Under the pieces are notes generated by a model that saw only the letters and a program-made list of their open reading frames with translations, had not been told where the DNA came from and searched no databases. The position numbers and the translations under genes were made by a program. DNA of 60,415 bases, the filler included, from Sphacelaria rigidula (taxonomy: Eukaryota): the NCBI GenBank assembly GCA_964200075.2. It is 6 parts of 6 records of this genome, joined end to end, with 100 filler letters (N's around TTAATTAATTAA, not from the genome) between each part and the next. Parts side by side here need not be neighbours in the genome. Positions count along the whole stretch, not along the records: positions 10,089 to 20,075 come from CAXNAA020007362.1; positions 20,176 to 30,161 come from CAXNAA020007363.1; 4 more parts are not named here. The stretch is one strand, 5' to 3'. Each line of letters starts with the position of its first letter. The stretch's first letter is position 1. This document shows positions 13,712 through 26,500 of the stretch, in pieces.

Positions 13712-14009
13712 TTCCGAGCGGACCTAATCGAAGGCTTCTGAACCTTCTTGAACTCCACAGTTCACACCTGCCTTCGTCGCCGCACCACACAGCCGTGGGG
13801 TCCTATAAACTCCCGCTGCACGCAGCTCCAGCAAGTCTCCAGTCTGGATCAATCATGGGCCAGCCGCCTTTGCAGCTACCTCAGCTTGAACCCTCCTCAC
13901 GCGTACGAAAAGCAATATGTCCGAAGCTGTCCAGACTCCTCTATACTGAAAACCTTCCAGCAGTCACTAACGATAGCACTACTAGCACGACTAGCACTAA
14001 TATCAATAT

Positions 14010-14268
14010 TGTGACGCCAGCAGGTTGCTAGGACTGCAGCGTCTAATGCTGTTGAGGGTCTCCCCAGTTCCGCTGGCCTCAGGTTTCAGTTGTTGGCCTT
14101 CACAACACATTTCATTATCCTGGAGTGCCACCCAGGCACCATCGCTTCGTAAACCACATCAGGGTATCACCCCTGTGTCCATGTCATTATCCATATCATC
14201 ACTACATATCCCAAGTCATCATCCATACCATCACTATATACTCGACGTGACGGCGTGATTTCGTCACA
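14010..14268 (-). repeat. 5' LTR
   Basis: TGTGAC...GTCACA termini upstream of gag; degenerate Met-type PBS (tgatattag) follows on the minus strand. Confidence 0.8.
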
Positions 14269-15289
14269 GATGACACTATGATGTTGTGTAATTTTTGAGA
14301 GGAATCTTCCTTCGTCTTGCCCGGTGTCAATGAAAAGTAGTATTATTCCTATGGCTAAGAATCTTTTCGCAGAATGCGAGGATGGTACCGAAGAATCCCC
14401 GGGTTTGAAAATGGCTCGGATGGAGCTGAAAAATTCCGTCTAGGATGATATTTGGGTGGGGATCACGAATCCGGTGTCGAATCTTCATAACTTTCATAAT
14501 ATGGTGCACGGTTATAGCGATACATGCCGCTTGTCGTTATATCGCCGCCGCAAAAACAAATCCCCAACAATAAATCATTTTACAAACGCCTGTTGGCATA
14601 CATGTATGTACACTAATCCTCTGACAAACAGATGGAGTTTCTATATGTGGTGCACCGTGTGTTGGTTCGAACCAGCGTACATGATTCAAAGGCACTCGCC
14701 GCCTCCCGTAACAACTGGGCCTTGCGGCCCAGCCTGAGACCGACTCATTCCAACGCACTTCCCAACGTGGGTTTTCGTCTGATCAACAGTCTGAGTGGCT
14801 CTACTCCCCCTAAATCGGCCAAGCGGAATTGTTACAGAGGGGATATAATGGCCCCGTACAAAAGGTCATAGGGTAATACGATTGCGGGTCTCCCAAACCA
14901 CCTTCAGCCCAATGACGATTTATAAAAGAGAAAGAAGCTAATCTGCCTGCTTGGCGCGCACACGGTCAGAGAAAAGAACGATCGTAAACCATTGCTATCC
15001 GAGGGCAACATCGGTATATCGTCTCACGATAACTGAACTGCACTCCACCATTGCTGACCGCTGAATACGACACCACCCATCCTCCACCAAGGATGGACCC
15101 ACATGCTAAACGCAGTGCTCTTTGCGTGCATTCCTGCTGCCATTGGACTCGCCAAGCAAGATCAATCCGTGACGTGGGGTTATTGCATGTTACTGTAGCC
15201 GTGGTGAACTAGAATAGGGGGTTCTAGGATGTCTTGCGGAGAGGATGAATCCATCTAGTCCACACGAGGCCATTCGGCTCGTATTTGAA

Positions 15290-15485
15290 ACTCCTTTGTC
15301 GTGATTTTAATCCTCTTGAGGGTAGAGTGATCCTCCGGAGGATGAACATACCCTCTAGAGGGTATTGCATCCCTACTTCCGGTCATAAAACGAATTCTCT
15401 GGAAGGACAGAATTCCCTTGAGCACATAATTCTACTGAGGGTGCCTCTGCGGAAATTTGAGGAAACGATAATCTCCAGGGTATAA
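15290..15485. repeat. about 20-bp periodic CCTCNNGAGG palindrome array ending in a CCAGGGTATAA terminus
   Basis: cctcttgagg 15312, cctccggagg 15332, cctctagagg 15352; end motif also at 48511-48521. Confidence 0.5.
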
Positions 15486-16773
15486 ATTCACCTCCGGAGT
15501 TTGCCCTACATCAAAACTCTGGGCGACATTTGTGTCCTAAGTGCCTCCAGGGCACCTTTGAGACCCCAGCAATCTTGTAAAGTATAGACTATCACCCAAA
15601 AATATGTATAACCCATCGTTCACAGATCGAACCATGCAAACCCCAAAACACTTATTCCCAACTACCACCGACTAATGCCAAGATAGCCCCCCTACAAAAA
15701 GTGCACCGGAGACCGTCCGGCAACCCGGCTGCGATTCCACTATTGGGCTCGTTTACAGCAACTTCGCCCACATGAGAGGCGTGTAGCAGTGCGAAATCAG
15801 CTATGATGCCCAAATGAGTCGCGTCGGGCAGCAAGAAACCAGCTCTAACGGCATTTATGAGTATCGCCTCCGTGCACGTCTTTGGCCGGTTTGGGGGGGG
15901 GGCTATCTCGGCAGCAGTCCACCAGAACCCTGCAGCCAAGGGCATGAGTTGGGCACAGGGATATAGATACACACTGCCGTGGTTGGGCTTGTGGGTGGAA
16001 ACTTGCGCATCTTTTTTCATGGTCGCATCATTGCGTGGCGACAGAACCACGCGGAGTATAGGGTGGGAAATAACCGGCTTATTGCATGTACACTCATCAT
16101 GGAGAGTGCAAGCCGTACAAAGCTGCACGTTGTTCAAGTCCTTTTCACGTCGCACTGAAGGTGGAGAACATATAAGGCCTCCGGTGTCTGTACTGTACTT
16201 TTCCCGTTTACCTTTCACGCCCTACTTGCTGTGCTGCAGTTGTGCGCGTATGCTGCAAGAATGCGTGTGTAAACTGCAGTTTCTGACGGTATATAACACC
16301 CCCATATATCAAAGTAAGCTGCAGGCATCCACATTGTGTAGCCATACGTAGCGCACATACCGCGCTAACTCTGCAGTATATGGCACCGCACGTATTTGCA
16401 CGGTATAGCACTGCTCTGCATGGTATTGTACAGTCCAGTTGCAATGGGGTTACGGTGCTGTGTATGGCACGCACAAGCTCACTAGGCAAGGCAGGGGGCC
16501 AGTCAACAGACTGAACAGCCAAGCCAGACAACAAGACACCGCCTCACACAGATGTGTCCAGAAGATACCAGAATATAACGTGCAGGTACGATGCTATCAC
16601 TCCTTTGATTGCTTGGTCTCAATCTTACGATATTCGATCTCTTTAATCCAGTCTCTCAATCCAATCAGTCTCACCGTTGTTAGACTTCTTTGCTGGAAGA
16701 AGGGAGTAGATGACGGTGATGGTAGGGAGTGTGGCTTGGTTTGTCCAAAGGCAAACCAAACCGTCACCATTTC

Positions 16774-16915
16774 TGTCATATACAAATTCACACTCGTACC
16801 TGACCAACTCTGAACAGACCTGCAGTCTCAGAAACACCAGAAATGCAATATCAAGCCGGACTCATCAACGGGTCTGAGGCGTCACGACAATCAGGCTAAC
16901 ACGCTCCTCATGACA
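16774..16915 (-). repeat. 3' LTR
   Basis: TGTCAT...ATGACA termini, preceded on the minus strand by purine-rich gggtggg (PPT-like). Confidence 0.6.
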
Positions 16916-18074
16916 CTGACCCACCCAGACGATCCTTTATTACAGCCGCGAGGATTTTATCCTCAAAGCAGCGATTTTTTTTTCTTTACTCGTAAAGTCA
17001 TGAGCTGCTAATGAAACATACCTAAAGAAACATCCCCGTACACATATCCACACCTAAGATAAGGGAAGCGTATACTGCTTCGAGGAGCAGAAAAACTGCT
17101 TCGAAACGCGTAAACACAAAATGCTTCTGCGTGCTAGCAAAACGAAGGGGGGAAAACAGGGAGGTACAACAGGGAGCAGAGGTTCAACCTGAGAGGAATC
17201 GAAGAGAAAAAATGGCAAGATCAGTATGCAACCAACGCATGTTGGTCGGAAGCAAAATCTGAAAGTCGGTGATCCAGGGAGATCGAGCGCCAGCCGGAAG
17301 GGGATACTAGAGCTCCAGTAGTCGCAGGGGGTGGGTGGCTTCAGTAGTTCTTCGATCGTCGTCCGATGGAGGTAGTCACGTTGTGGATGTCGTAGAGTAG
17401 TGTCCTAGTGGAGGAGGGAGGGCAAACAAATACTAAAGAAGGGGGGAAAAGCTGCTGCGAAGGAGCGTGGTTTAAGGCCGTGCGTGGACGTCGTGGGTGT
17501 GATCGATGTTGAGCTGGAGACCGCGGCGAAGTCCTTCGGACTTGAGGGGTTGAAGGCACCAGGACCCGCGTGGTGCATATGGGCTGGTGGTGTATAGTGC
17601 TGGCCGGAGCTTAAGCTGTATGGGTCCAGGGCCATCGATGAAGCGCACGATGTATGTGTCGGCAGAAACCAGGTTAGCGGAGTGGGTCTGGCCCAGCCAC
17701 CAGAGGTTGTCGCTGCCTTTGAACCGAAGGTAGCTGACCTTAGGCAGTATTCGCTGGTTTGTCAAGAACTTTGTCGTACAAGCCTTGGTGGGTACAAGTT
17801 CGTAACCATCGGCGACGAAGCGTAGTCCCTGATCGCGGTGAAGTTCGCGGGCTGCTGCGCCACGACACATGTTGCGATATTTTTTGTTGTGAGCAACATG
17901 CTGATGTCGAGATTGCACCCATTACAGGAGGATTGCACGGCGGTGCAATTGAAGGTCGGATTCACGTTTCCAAGACGCTCTCCGGAGACCGTGCCAGTGT
18001 GTCTTATACGTGACAGCTATTTTGTTACCTCAACCACGAGTTATCTGGTGGTCGGAGATGGTGAACACGGTCAA

Positions 18075-19364
18075 TCAGAGGGACTGCTCCGTCACGTCGT
18101 CAGGGGTAACATGGTAGGACGGGGACTTGGTAGAGTGGCTGTTGAGACCGTACCGTGTGAGTCCGGCAGGCAGGTACTTGGGCATGTCGCTTGTATCGTG
18201 CGGGTTCGTGCAGGGTTTGCATCTGTGCACGGAGACGCGGGGTTCGGTGTCCTTGCCCTGGAAGTGGCGAGGCAGGTCGAGATAGAGCAGTTTGTCACCA
18301 ACGGGTTTATCATCTAGTGATGATGGCGATGGTACGACTATCAGAATCTTGAATGGTCCTGTCCAATTGAGGGACAATTTTGTTTTTATAATTCTTCTGT
18401 TGGCTGCCTTGCTGATGTCTTGGCGGATGGTCGACAACCTGTTGTAGATCCAAACCTAATCACCAACTTTCCAGTTGGGGCGTTTGTGCATGAGGTTGTA
18501 GAGAGCAGTGTTAGATCTCTCCAGGCGCGAGGCGTTGATTGCGTGTTGTTCGCGCACGAGGGTAAATGCTTTGCGTTGTCGTGAATGTGCCAGCTCGTGG
18601 TAGGATATCTGATCCTGATCCAATCCTTGGTGGCCATCGAACGCTTGTCGCTCAAACACGGTGATTGGCAGCCGAGGGTAACGTCCAAGATGGAGTTCGT
18701 TCGGGGAAAGGCCTGTGGCGGCGCTAACCGAGTTGTTGTAGAACAACATGGTGTGCGAGAGATGTAGGTCCCAGTCATTTTGGCGGTCATTGACAACCAT
18801 AGAGAGCATCTGGGCCATGATGTGATGAACTCCTTCGGTACCACCGTTACCGTTCGGGTGGTAGGCGCTCGTGACAATTTTGCGGATGCCCAGGAGCTTG
18901 TAAAGCTCATCAGAGAAATCTGAGCAAAATTGCTGACCATTGTCTGAAAGGAGGCGCTTCGGGCAACCGTAGTGCTTAATGTAGTCGTGGACCAATATGT
19001 CGGCCGTTCCGGCGGCAGTGAAATCTGCAGCGGTTACCGCGTACATGGACGCGTGGCGGCTGAAGCGGTCAGTGAAGAGTAAGATGTAGGTGTTGCCGCG
19101 ACCTGTGATCGGTAGAGGACCAAAGTAGTCAAAGGACACAAGGTGGCCTGGCGCGTTCGGGGGTCTCATATAGATGGCGGGCCAGCGTACTGTCTGTCGT
19201 GAAGTCTTTCGGGCTTGGCATTTGAAGCATCGCCGAATCCAGAAGCGGGTGGAAACTTCCATGCCAACCCACCGGTAGAAGCGTTCCAATAGCGCTAGGG
19301 TGCGGGTGATGCCAAGGTGACATGACAAGTCTGTGAGACAGCCTTTCATGACCCAGGTGCGCAT
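18075..19364 (-). pseudogene. gypsy integrase core and GPY/F region
   Basis: 302-aa ORF 18456-19364 with DDE motifs, continued after a stop by 18075-18437. Confidence 0.92.
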
Positions 19365-20075
19365 TAATCGTGGAACACATGTGCGCGTTGCTTCGCCATC
19401 TAGTAATCATGCTTGGCGTCCCGTGGTTGAGACCGAAATTGCGCCCGTCAAAGACGTGGGCCGACGCACGAGTAGTTGTACACCTTCATCCGTAGTAAGA
19501 AGGGTGTCTTCACGCACGAGTCCGTACACGTCAGAGATATCTGGTGGGGGCAGTGTGCCAACCGGGGTCAGAAGGGCGGATGGAAAAGGGCCTGGACAGT
19601 CAAGTTGTAAGTACCGGATGGCTGCGCGACTTACGGGTTCCGCGTTTTGTTCGCGAGCCCAATCACGGTGAGAGTAGCTGACGAGGAACTCGCGTAGCTG
19701 ATCTCCCGCTGGCGAACCGACCAAACATGGTCGGGTAGGCAGTGGGGAAATAGGCGACGGGGCAGAAATGCCGACGTCAATACCTGCCCCGGGAGCAGGA
19801 GCTAAGTCGTCAGCTCCATGCTCGCGAGCGGTAGATGTTGGTGGCGCCGTTTTGGGCGGCGGGGCTGTATCAGTGCGCGGCGAAGATTGTCCGCGGCGCG
19901 AGGTGCACGTTTCAGGAATTGTCGCGGAGCGTTGCGTGCTGAACCGTGGGGCCGGTGCTGCATCGCTCGTGGAATTTGCAGGTGGTATCGGTAGCGGCGG
20001 GGCACTCGGGGGGGTGGTGCGGGCGGCAGACTGAGAGCGCGTATTGTCGGAGATTAGGTGGGTGACCGAAGGGGT

Positions 20076-20175
20076 NNNNNNNNNNNNNNNNNNNNNNNNN
20101 NNNNNNNNNNNNNNNNNNNTTAATTAATTAANNNNNNNNNNNNNNNNNNNNNNNNNNNNNNNNNNNNNNNNNNNN
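20076..20175. other. artificial contig linker
   Basis: N44-TTAATTAATTAA-N44. Confidence 0.98.
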
Positions 20176-20238
20176 GAAAGGGATGCGTGGTCAATGGTCA
20201 AATGACTAAGGCAAGCAACAAATGAGTACGCCCCCCCC
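20176..20238 (+). mobile_element. 3' end of a C-tract-associated non-LTR element
   Basis: gaaagggatgcgtggtcaatggtcaaatgactaaggcaagcaacaaatgagtacg followed by a C run; also at 22814, 25137 and 35951(-). Confidence 0.8.
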
Positions 20239-20341
20239 TATCGTAGGATGACTCCTCTGTCAAGAAGTATCCAATATCATATCACTTCCCCAACAAAACT
20301 GGAACGTTGTTGGTCGTAGCTCACCCTGGTGCATACCGCAG

Positions 20342-22513
20342 TGGTGGTTTTAGAAGAGAAGGTGATGCGCTTGCACAACGTCGTGCCTCTTGTGCTGCGT
20401 CAGATGCTCAACCTGGAGCGCAAAAAACCAAAGGAGTGCGAGGGAACAGGAGTAGACCGACAAGACGACGACGATGACGAAGGCTTTGACGGTAGGATAC
20501 TACCGCAAAGTGTATAGCTCAACGCTGTCGCGTTTAAAGCATTACGGAATACAGCTCCACATTAGCTGGCCTTTTAGTTCCTACTGTGCTGCCAATGGGG
20601 TAGTGCTCGTGGAGGCATTTCATCACAATAATATAACTCCATCGCTTTCGACCACTTTCGCGCTTTTACTTGGCCCTCGAGCACTGCGATCGTGCGTTTA
20701 TCCGATCTCGATTTTGTCGTCATGCTGAAGCTTTGCTTTCATCTTTAGCGACACATTCTACTCTGGAAGAAACCACCTGCACCGGAGATATTGAAACTTG
20801 CTGCCGTTATGACCACATGCACGGGTACATACGATGCAGTATTGTCGATGGCACAGTTTAAGGCACATCGATTGGAGACACGGATCCAATTCCGGTCACA
20901 TTACCTCCTGCTTCGCGACCCAATCATCACATGGTAACACACACACACATTGCACACACCTGTCTTCCTTCACTACTGCGCCTTGAACGAAGCCATTCAC
21001 CATTCAACACCGTGGAATTCAAGCGTCCATACCCGTATGTGTTCCTCTTGTCGGTACCATCGGCACAGGGCGGGAACATCATCACTCCAACGCCATGTCG
21101 GACACTCCAAGCGCCGGCGACGCGAGTACTGTAGTTGGGGACACCGACGACCGAGAACACGCGTCCAAGACAAATCCTAGAAGACCTACCAGTGAGTGCA
21201 CAGAAAATCGGCTGGATTAGATCATCATGCGAAGAAGACCTAATTGATGCCTACAAGAGGCTGTCTGCAGAGGACGAAGCACCCGTTTCGCATCAACTTC
21301 AGTACACCACACCGCCGTTCTTCAGTTTCTCGTCATACTTTCAAGCCGCCCGCTTCCTCGGGACTAGTTTGTAGTCATGAGGGATCAAGCCGTACCTCTC
21401 TTCCCCGGTACATGCTTGCCATTTTCGTGTAGCAAGTTGAATCAGCACCCCCGCATCGCGTCGGCTTACGTCGAAATGTTTTTGCCCCTCACGTCCTCAT
21501 TTCCTCACGTTTTCAGAGATAGACACCAAAATCTGCTCGAAACCCCGCATCTATCGTGATGCGAACCGGCAACGTTCCACACCTGCAGGGCGCGGTGGCC
21601 ATTGTAACATGAATATATCGCTCCACTGTAGCACAACAGCAACTTCGAAAGTACGCTGTAGAGGTGGAAGCCCGTACGCAGAGAAACTGAAGAGTGTGAA
21701 CCAAGAGGATTCCTTACACATAGCCGACCCCAACTATTGCCCATTTCACGACCACATTCATGAAGAATTAAGTGCATGTTGCTTTAAGATAGTGTAGCCT
21801 TGTTCAGCCCCGACTGTTCAGCTCACCATTTGTTGTGGCGTCTAGGCGCCAGGCGAACGATCTTATAGCGGAACGCGGAGTCAACGGAAGGGGAGATGTC
21901 ACCATGCACCGGAGTATTTCGGATTTCCTCGTTAGTCAAGCTGCTCCACGCTGAGTACCCATGGTCATCTTTACAACTGCGACGGTTTTTGACTTCACAT
22001 CCCTTCCTCGCTCTTTCATTCTGCAGCGGGACGATCCACCGGAGCCAGCACGAGTCCGAGGGTTACCCGAAACCGCTCAGATGCTGAGTCGGAAGATTCT
22101 CGCCGAGCACACTTTCGGGTGGCTTTCCCCCCCAACATTAAGGCTGGAGGAAAGGTAGGCAAGTGCTTCGGTGTTTGAAGGGTTCCAAGCTTACCATCAA
22201 TCGTAGAGATGTGCGTAATTATTTCAAGTACACAGACTGGTTTCACGGAGAAGAATGGAAAAAGTGTCTTCGTAGCTTTCTCCGAGATATATGATCAGCA
22301 AACAAACACTTTAAGATGCCCGCTTGATGCTGCCAACAAGACGGACGCAACACCATGGCCGCACTCGGGCTGCGAGGTACTGGTTCATCAGAGAACGAAG
22401 AATACACAAACTCGACCAAACTCAGCCGTTTCTGGACGACATCCAGTCACTCTCTGTCCGTTTGTGGGGAAAACTGTAATTTTCCAATTCAGGAATTTGA
22501 GAACTTCAGCAGA
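20342..22513 (+). CDS. possible upstream exons of the TIR-like gene (about 20342-20491, 22027-22154, 22493-22513)
   Basis: CAG acceptors and GTAGG/GTAAG donors around open segments; reading frames ambiguous. Confidence 0.35.
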
Positions 22514-22813
22514 GTAAGCAGCAGCACGAGACGAAATCCATGACGGTGGCTCAATTTGGAGTCTCGAGTCTCAACTTGATATGTTTCGACATAAAGGGGC
22601 AAGAAACTGTAATAAAACATCGAATTTCCTAAAGTGCAATGACTTAAAAGACAACAACGAAGAGTAACAAATAGGCGATTGACATATTTGCAATTCATAT
22701 CTGAAGGTTTTCACAAGGTAAATCACAAGAACCGTGGAGATACAGGCGAAGCAGTCAAAGTTTTTTGCGACCGAACTGCTTTTTTCTTTCCCCCTCTTTT
22801 TTCCCTCCCCTAC

Positions 22814-22888
22814 TGCTCCGTCTCGAAAGGGATGCGTGGTCAATGGTCAAATGACTAAGGCAAGCAACAAATGAGTACGCCCCCCCCC
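22814..22888 (+). mobile_element. short 3' copy of the C-tract-associated non-LTR element
   Basis: identical core; flanked by duplicated CCCCTACT (22807-22814, 22885-22892). Confidence 0.85.
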
Positions 22889-23341
22889 TACTCTCCCTCG
22901 GGTTTTCGAGTTCAGATGTGAACCTTCACACGTGTCTGCGCATTTGACATGGAGAGGGAAAACATCTGCTTCGAAATAGCGAACTTTGCCGGTGTCTCGA
23001 TCGTACATGCGGAAAAGGACGATTACTTGTGGATATCTACAATTCATACGTGTGTGAAAAAATTCATATCATAATCCGTATACCCGCGGAGAAACAGTCA
23101 AATTAGTAATATATATATATATATATATTTCTGCTCTTCCATCCTGGGTCTTATGGGCTTCGACTGACATTTTCAAACGCGTGTGCCCCTGAGACTATAA
23201 CGAGCTCGTGGCTGCGATTTATTTTGAGTTTTCGAGTCTCGACCTATGGCATGTGGCGCTAGACTTTCCACAGTATTTCGAAATCCTAGTCGCGAAAATG
23301 TTGCCTGCTGTACGTGCCGTACACTCACCACCTCGCGTCAG

Positions 23342-23597
23342 CCTCGTCACAACCACCCCCCGCTACGTCCCCTCTTTCGACTCGAAAATGACACAGTGGC
23401 ACACAATCACTGCCTACCTGTACGAGCCAGCGGCGGCCAGGGCGGTGCGCCATGAGCACACAGCGCGATCAACAGTCTCTCATGACAGCAATGTGTCGGG
23501 CGCGCGTGGGTCCTTCTCAGTGGAAGATACCGTGGAGGATACGGACAGGGCCATCCCACCGGGAACGGAAGTCGTTATCCGTCCTCGGTTCCCGCGG
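23342..23597 (+). CDS. exon, N-terminal part of the beta-sandwich-like domain
   Basis: TTPRYV...QWHTITAYLYEP...IPPGTEVVIRPRFPR; tcag acceptor, gtgcgc donor. Confidence 0.7.
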
Positions 23598-26500
23598 GTG
23601 CGCTGAGCGTTTCCTTCCCGTTTTTTCTTTTCGTATCCCTCTCTTGTTTGTAGATGCATGCTGTGTCCAGTACAGCACGTGGGCGCAAATTTGACGTAGT
23701 ACTGGGGGCGTACAGTGCGCGAGAGGCTGCTACCAAAGTTAGGCTATGCTGGTATCCCAAGTACTTCCCTTTCAGTTGAGTTTAGATGAAATCAGATCTG
23801 TCGCTCAATCTACATATTCCCCAGAGTGCCAGTCATGTTACCCACCGGATATCATTGAATGCCTGTATCCAAGCACTCGTCGTATGTGCTGCGATGTACT
23901 GGAAGTTTCCCACTGAGAGCGGTTTGCAGATTAAACGACCCACCCTGCGACGGATATCGCACGACGGCTCTGTCCCCGCTCCTCCCCGTCCTTCGCCCCC
24001 CTTCTGACGATACGCGCGCCGATCCGTCGAAGACTTGCTGCGTAAACCCCGTCCACGCCTCGGTGAAATGGATGAGAGACGTTCACTCGCTGTCTTTCGA
24101 GGTGCGGCCGCCTGCCTCGGCCAGCAGCGGTACGGTCGCGGGCAGCGTGGACTTCTACGTCGGCCCCGTGTTAATAGGGCAAGCACACGTGGAGATGGCA
24201 GTGGTGACGTCTAATGAGAGAGCTGAAGAACAGGACGTGTTAGGACCCGCTGCGAAGGCAAGCCGCACAATTCGCTGTCGTAGATCAAAGGGGATACGCC
24301 TCCCCCTCCCCCCCTCCCCTCGCTGATTTTTTTCTTAGCCTCGACTTTTCCTCGATGACTACGGTGTTAGCGACGCCGATTTCGGTATCATTCGGAAGAT
24401 ATCATCTGAACCTGTCTATGCACAAGATATATCGGCAGTGTAAGTAGGATAGTTTCTGTCGAGAAATTGAGGATAGAAAAACCCATCACGAAGAGAGTCA
24501 TGTCCCCTATACTGTACTTACTCTAAGGCACATGCAGCGAAAGATAAGATGATGCTACCAAGAATCCTGTCGCTATGAGTGCCTGCGTGCGATATTCAGG
24601 CCGTGATGAGCACGATTCATTTCATCACAGTGCTGGTCTTGTTGCATGATGACTGTAGACTGCGCGGTAGCTCGCACCACGTTGCTTCTCCACATGCTAC
24701 AAGACCGGCAGCTTTTGACACGCGCAGACCCCTTTTTCTGTGCACTGTCTAGACTATGGTGTGACCTTGGAACTTTCCGTCGGCTTTACCATTGCCCGTC
24801 GGGAGAAATGAAAAAACGGCAAGTTCATGTTTCGCTCAACTCGCTGAATCCCACGCCCCATTTCACTTTGTTACACATGAAACAGCAACCGCAAGCGCCC
24901 ATTATCACGACCATCTCCAAGAAAAGAAATACAATGTCTCTTGTGGTACACCATAGCCTCGGTGTGAGCAAGGCAACATCTGAGCCGTGCTTGCGCCAAA
25001 AAAGTGCATGAAGCAAGTACAGGAGCTGATGTTTTGGCGGGGACATTTTCTGATTCAAAGACGGGAGCTGGCATGGCCTTGGAAATATAAGTGCAAGTTT
25101 CCGATCGAAGGAGCAATCTGACAACGCCCCACCCCATGCTACGTCTCGAAAGGGATACGTGGTAAATGGTCACGACTAAGGCAAACAACAAATGAGTACT
25201 CCCCCCCGCCCCCCCGGCGCGCCCCCTTCATAAATGGCGCGCTGTTCAACTAGAACAGCCCTTTATGCCCTCGAAGCACGAGCTTCTCTTGTTCCTTCCA
25301 CTATTATTTGGTTTTTATTTATTACGTTCCTTCTATGTTGAGGATAATGTAGCTGTGAGTTTACCGTTGATGTATCCCCGTCACAGATCCGCAGCGTAGC
25401 AGCAGGAAAACTGAACTCACCGTTCGGCAAACCGTGCTTGCGTGATACTCGAAGCATAAGAAGGATCTCACGCCTGACGAGCACACCTCTGATTAATATG
25501 CCTGAATAACACAAGTGCGTCGATCCCAAAGTTTTGTGCAGATGCCGTTGTAATGCATATCGTGGTTTATACTGGCTTGCATCGCCTGTGTGTAATCTGC
25601 TACGTCCATCAACCGATCATCAAGGTCTTCGACACGGCGTACGTGTGCTACGCGCCATCGGACGAGGCACTTCTACTTCCCTGCCTCAAAAACTTCAACA
25701 ACCTAGGCGTGGCCAACCTAACCTGGCGCCCCGAGAGCGGATCGGAGAAGGAAACGAAGGATCTCATTCGCGAGTCTTCCGTGTTTCAGATATGCTGGTC
25801 TGGCGCTGCGCAGGTGAGAGGAGCAATACTTTATGTGCAGGTATCGTATACTCTACTGGTTGGGTGGGATTTCGTGTCAACTAATTGATTTGATAAAGGC
25901 TGGTGATAGAATTTGTGTGCCTGGTTGAATGGTTTCACCCTCCAATGGCGTGCGCTGAGGCAGGAGAAACAGGAGGGCGCGCGGGAGGCGGGGTACGTGG
26001 ACGGGAGTCAATTCAGAACGCTGCCAGCGGGCTTATGGTCATGCTGCTAGACTAAAGCTGATATGGGCAGAAAGCCGAGTGCCGCCGCGACGATTGTCTC
26101 AATAACCGACGCAATGCTTCGCTTCGGCCAGGCAAAACACTGGAAAGCGTTCGCTAGAAAACGTTGGGTGCTTACCACACATGTGAAGTTGATAGAAACG
26201 ACTCACTACATTTGTTCGCTACACTCAACGCCCTTGCCACCATGAACACACTTCTCGAAAGTCAAGTAGCCGTGTCAAGAACGAGCTGAAGTACGCTGCT
26301 TCCCTGGCTAAGACCGGATCCATGGCCGTCCGCGGCATCTACTGGGACACGGCAATGACCGCTACCGCTGTGAGGACGGACCACGGTCTGGTATTTCCGG
26401 TTCGGCTGCACAACACCTTTCTGCTGGACGAGGCGTGCGGTGCCCTAGGTGTGTTGCACGGAAAACGACGAGTTGGCCGTAGTGGGTAGGACGGAAGCGT

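Larger units (their letters stand above)
10089..14268 (-). mobile_element. degenerate Ty3/gypsy LTR retrotransposon (5' LTR, gag, PR, deleted RT, RNase H, IN), cut by the contig end
   Basis: zinc knuckle CFQCGQVGHSARKC; protease AVLDPGA; RNase H remnant MFPYASECHWG; integrase zinc-finger remnant (YMRDAGHRG..CLHC), FDFLYV, WVSDTATHF, SPWSNGTCERMV; frameshifts and stops. Confidence 0.93.
16774..20075 (-). mobile_element. degenerate chromodomain-bearing Ty3/gypsy element (IN, chromo, extra domain, 3' LTR)
   Basis: integrase HLG..CFKC, FDYFGP, TDRFSR, SDNG, SAYHPNGNGGTE, GPF motif (WTGPFKI); chromo remnant YKTHWHGLRRASWKRESDL at about 17950-18060; LTR 16774-16915. Confidence 0.92.
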
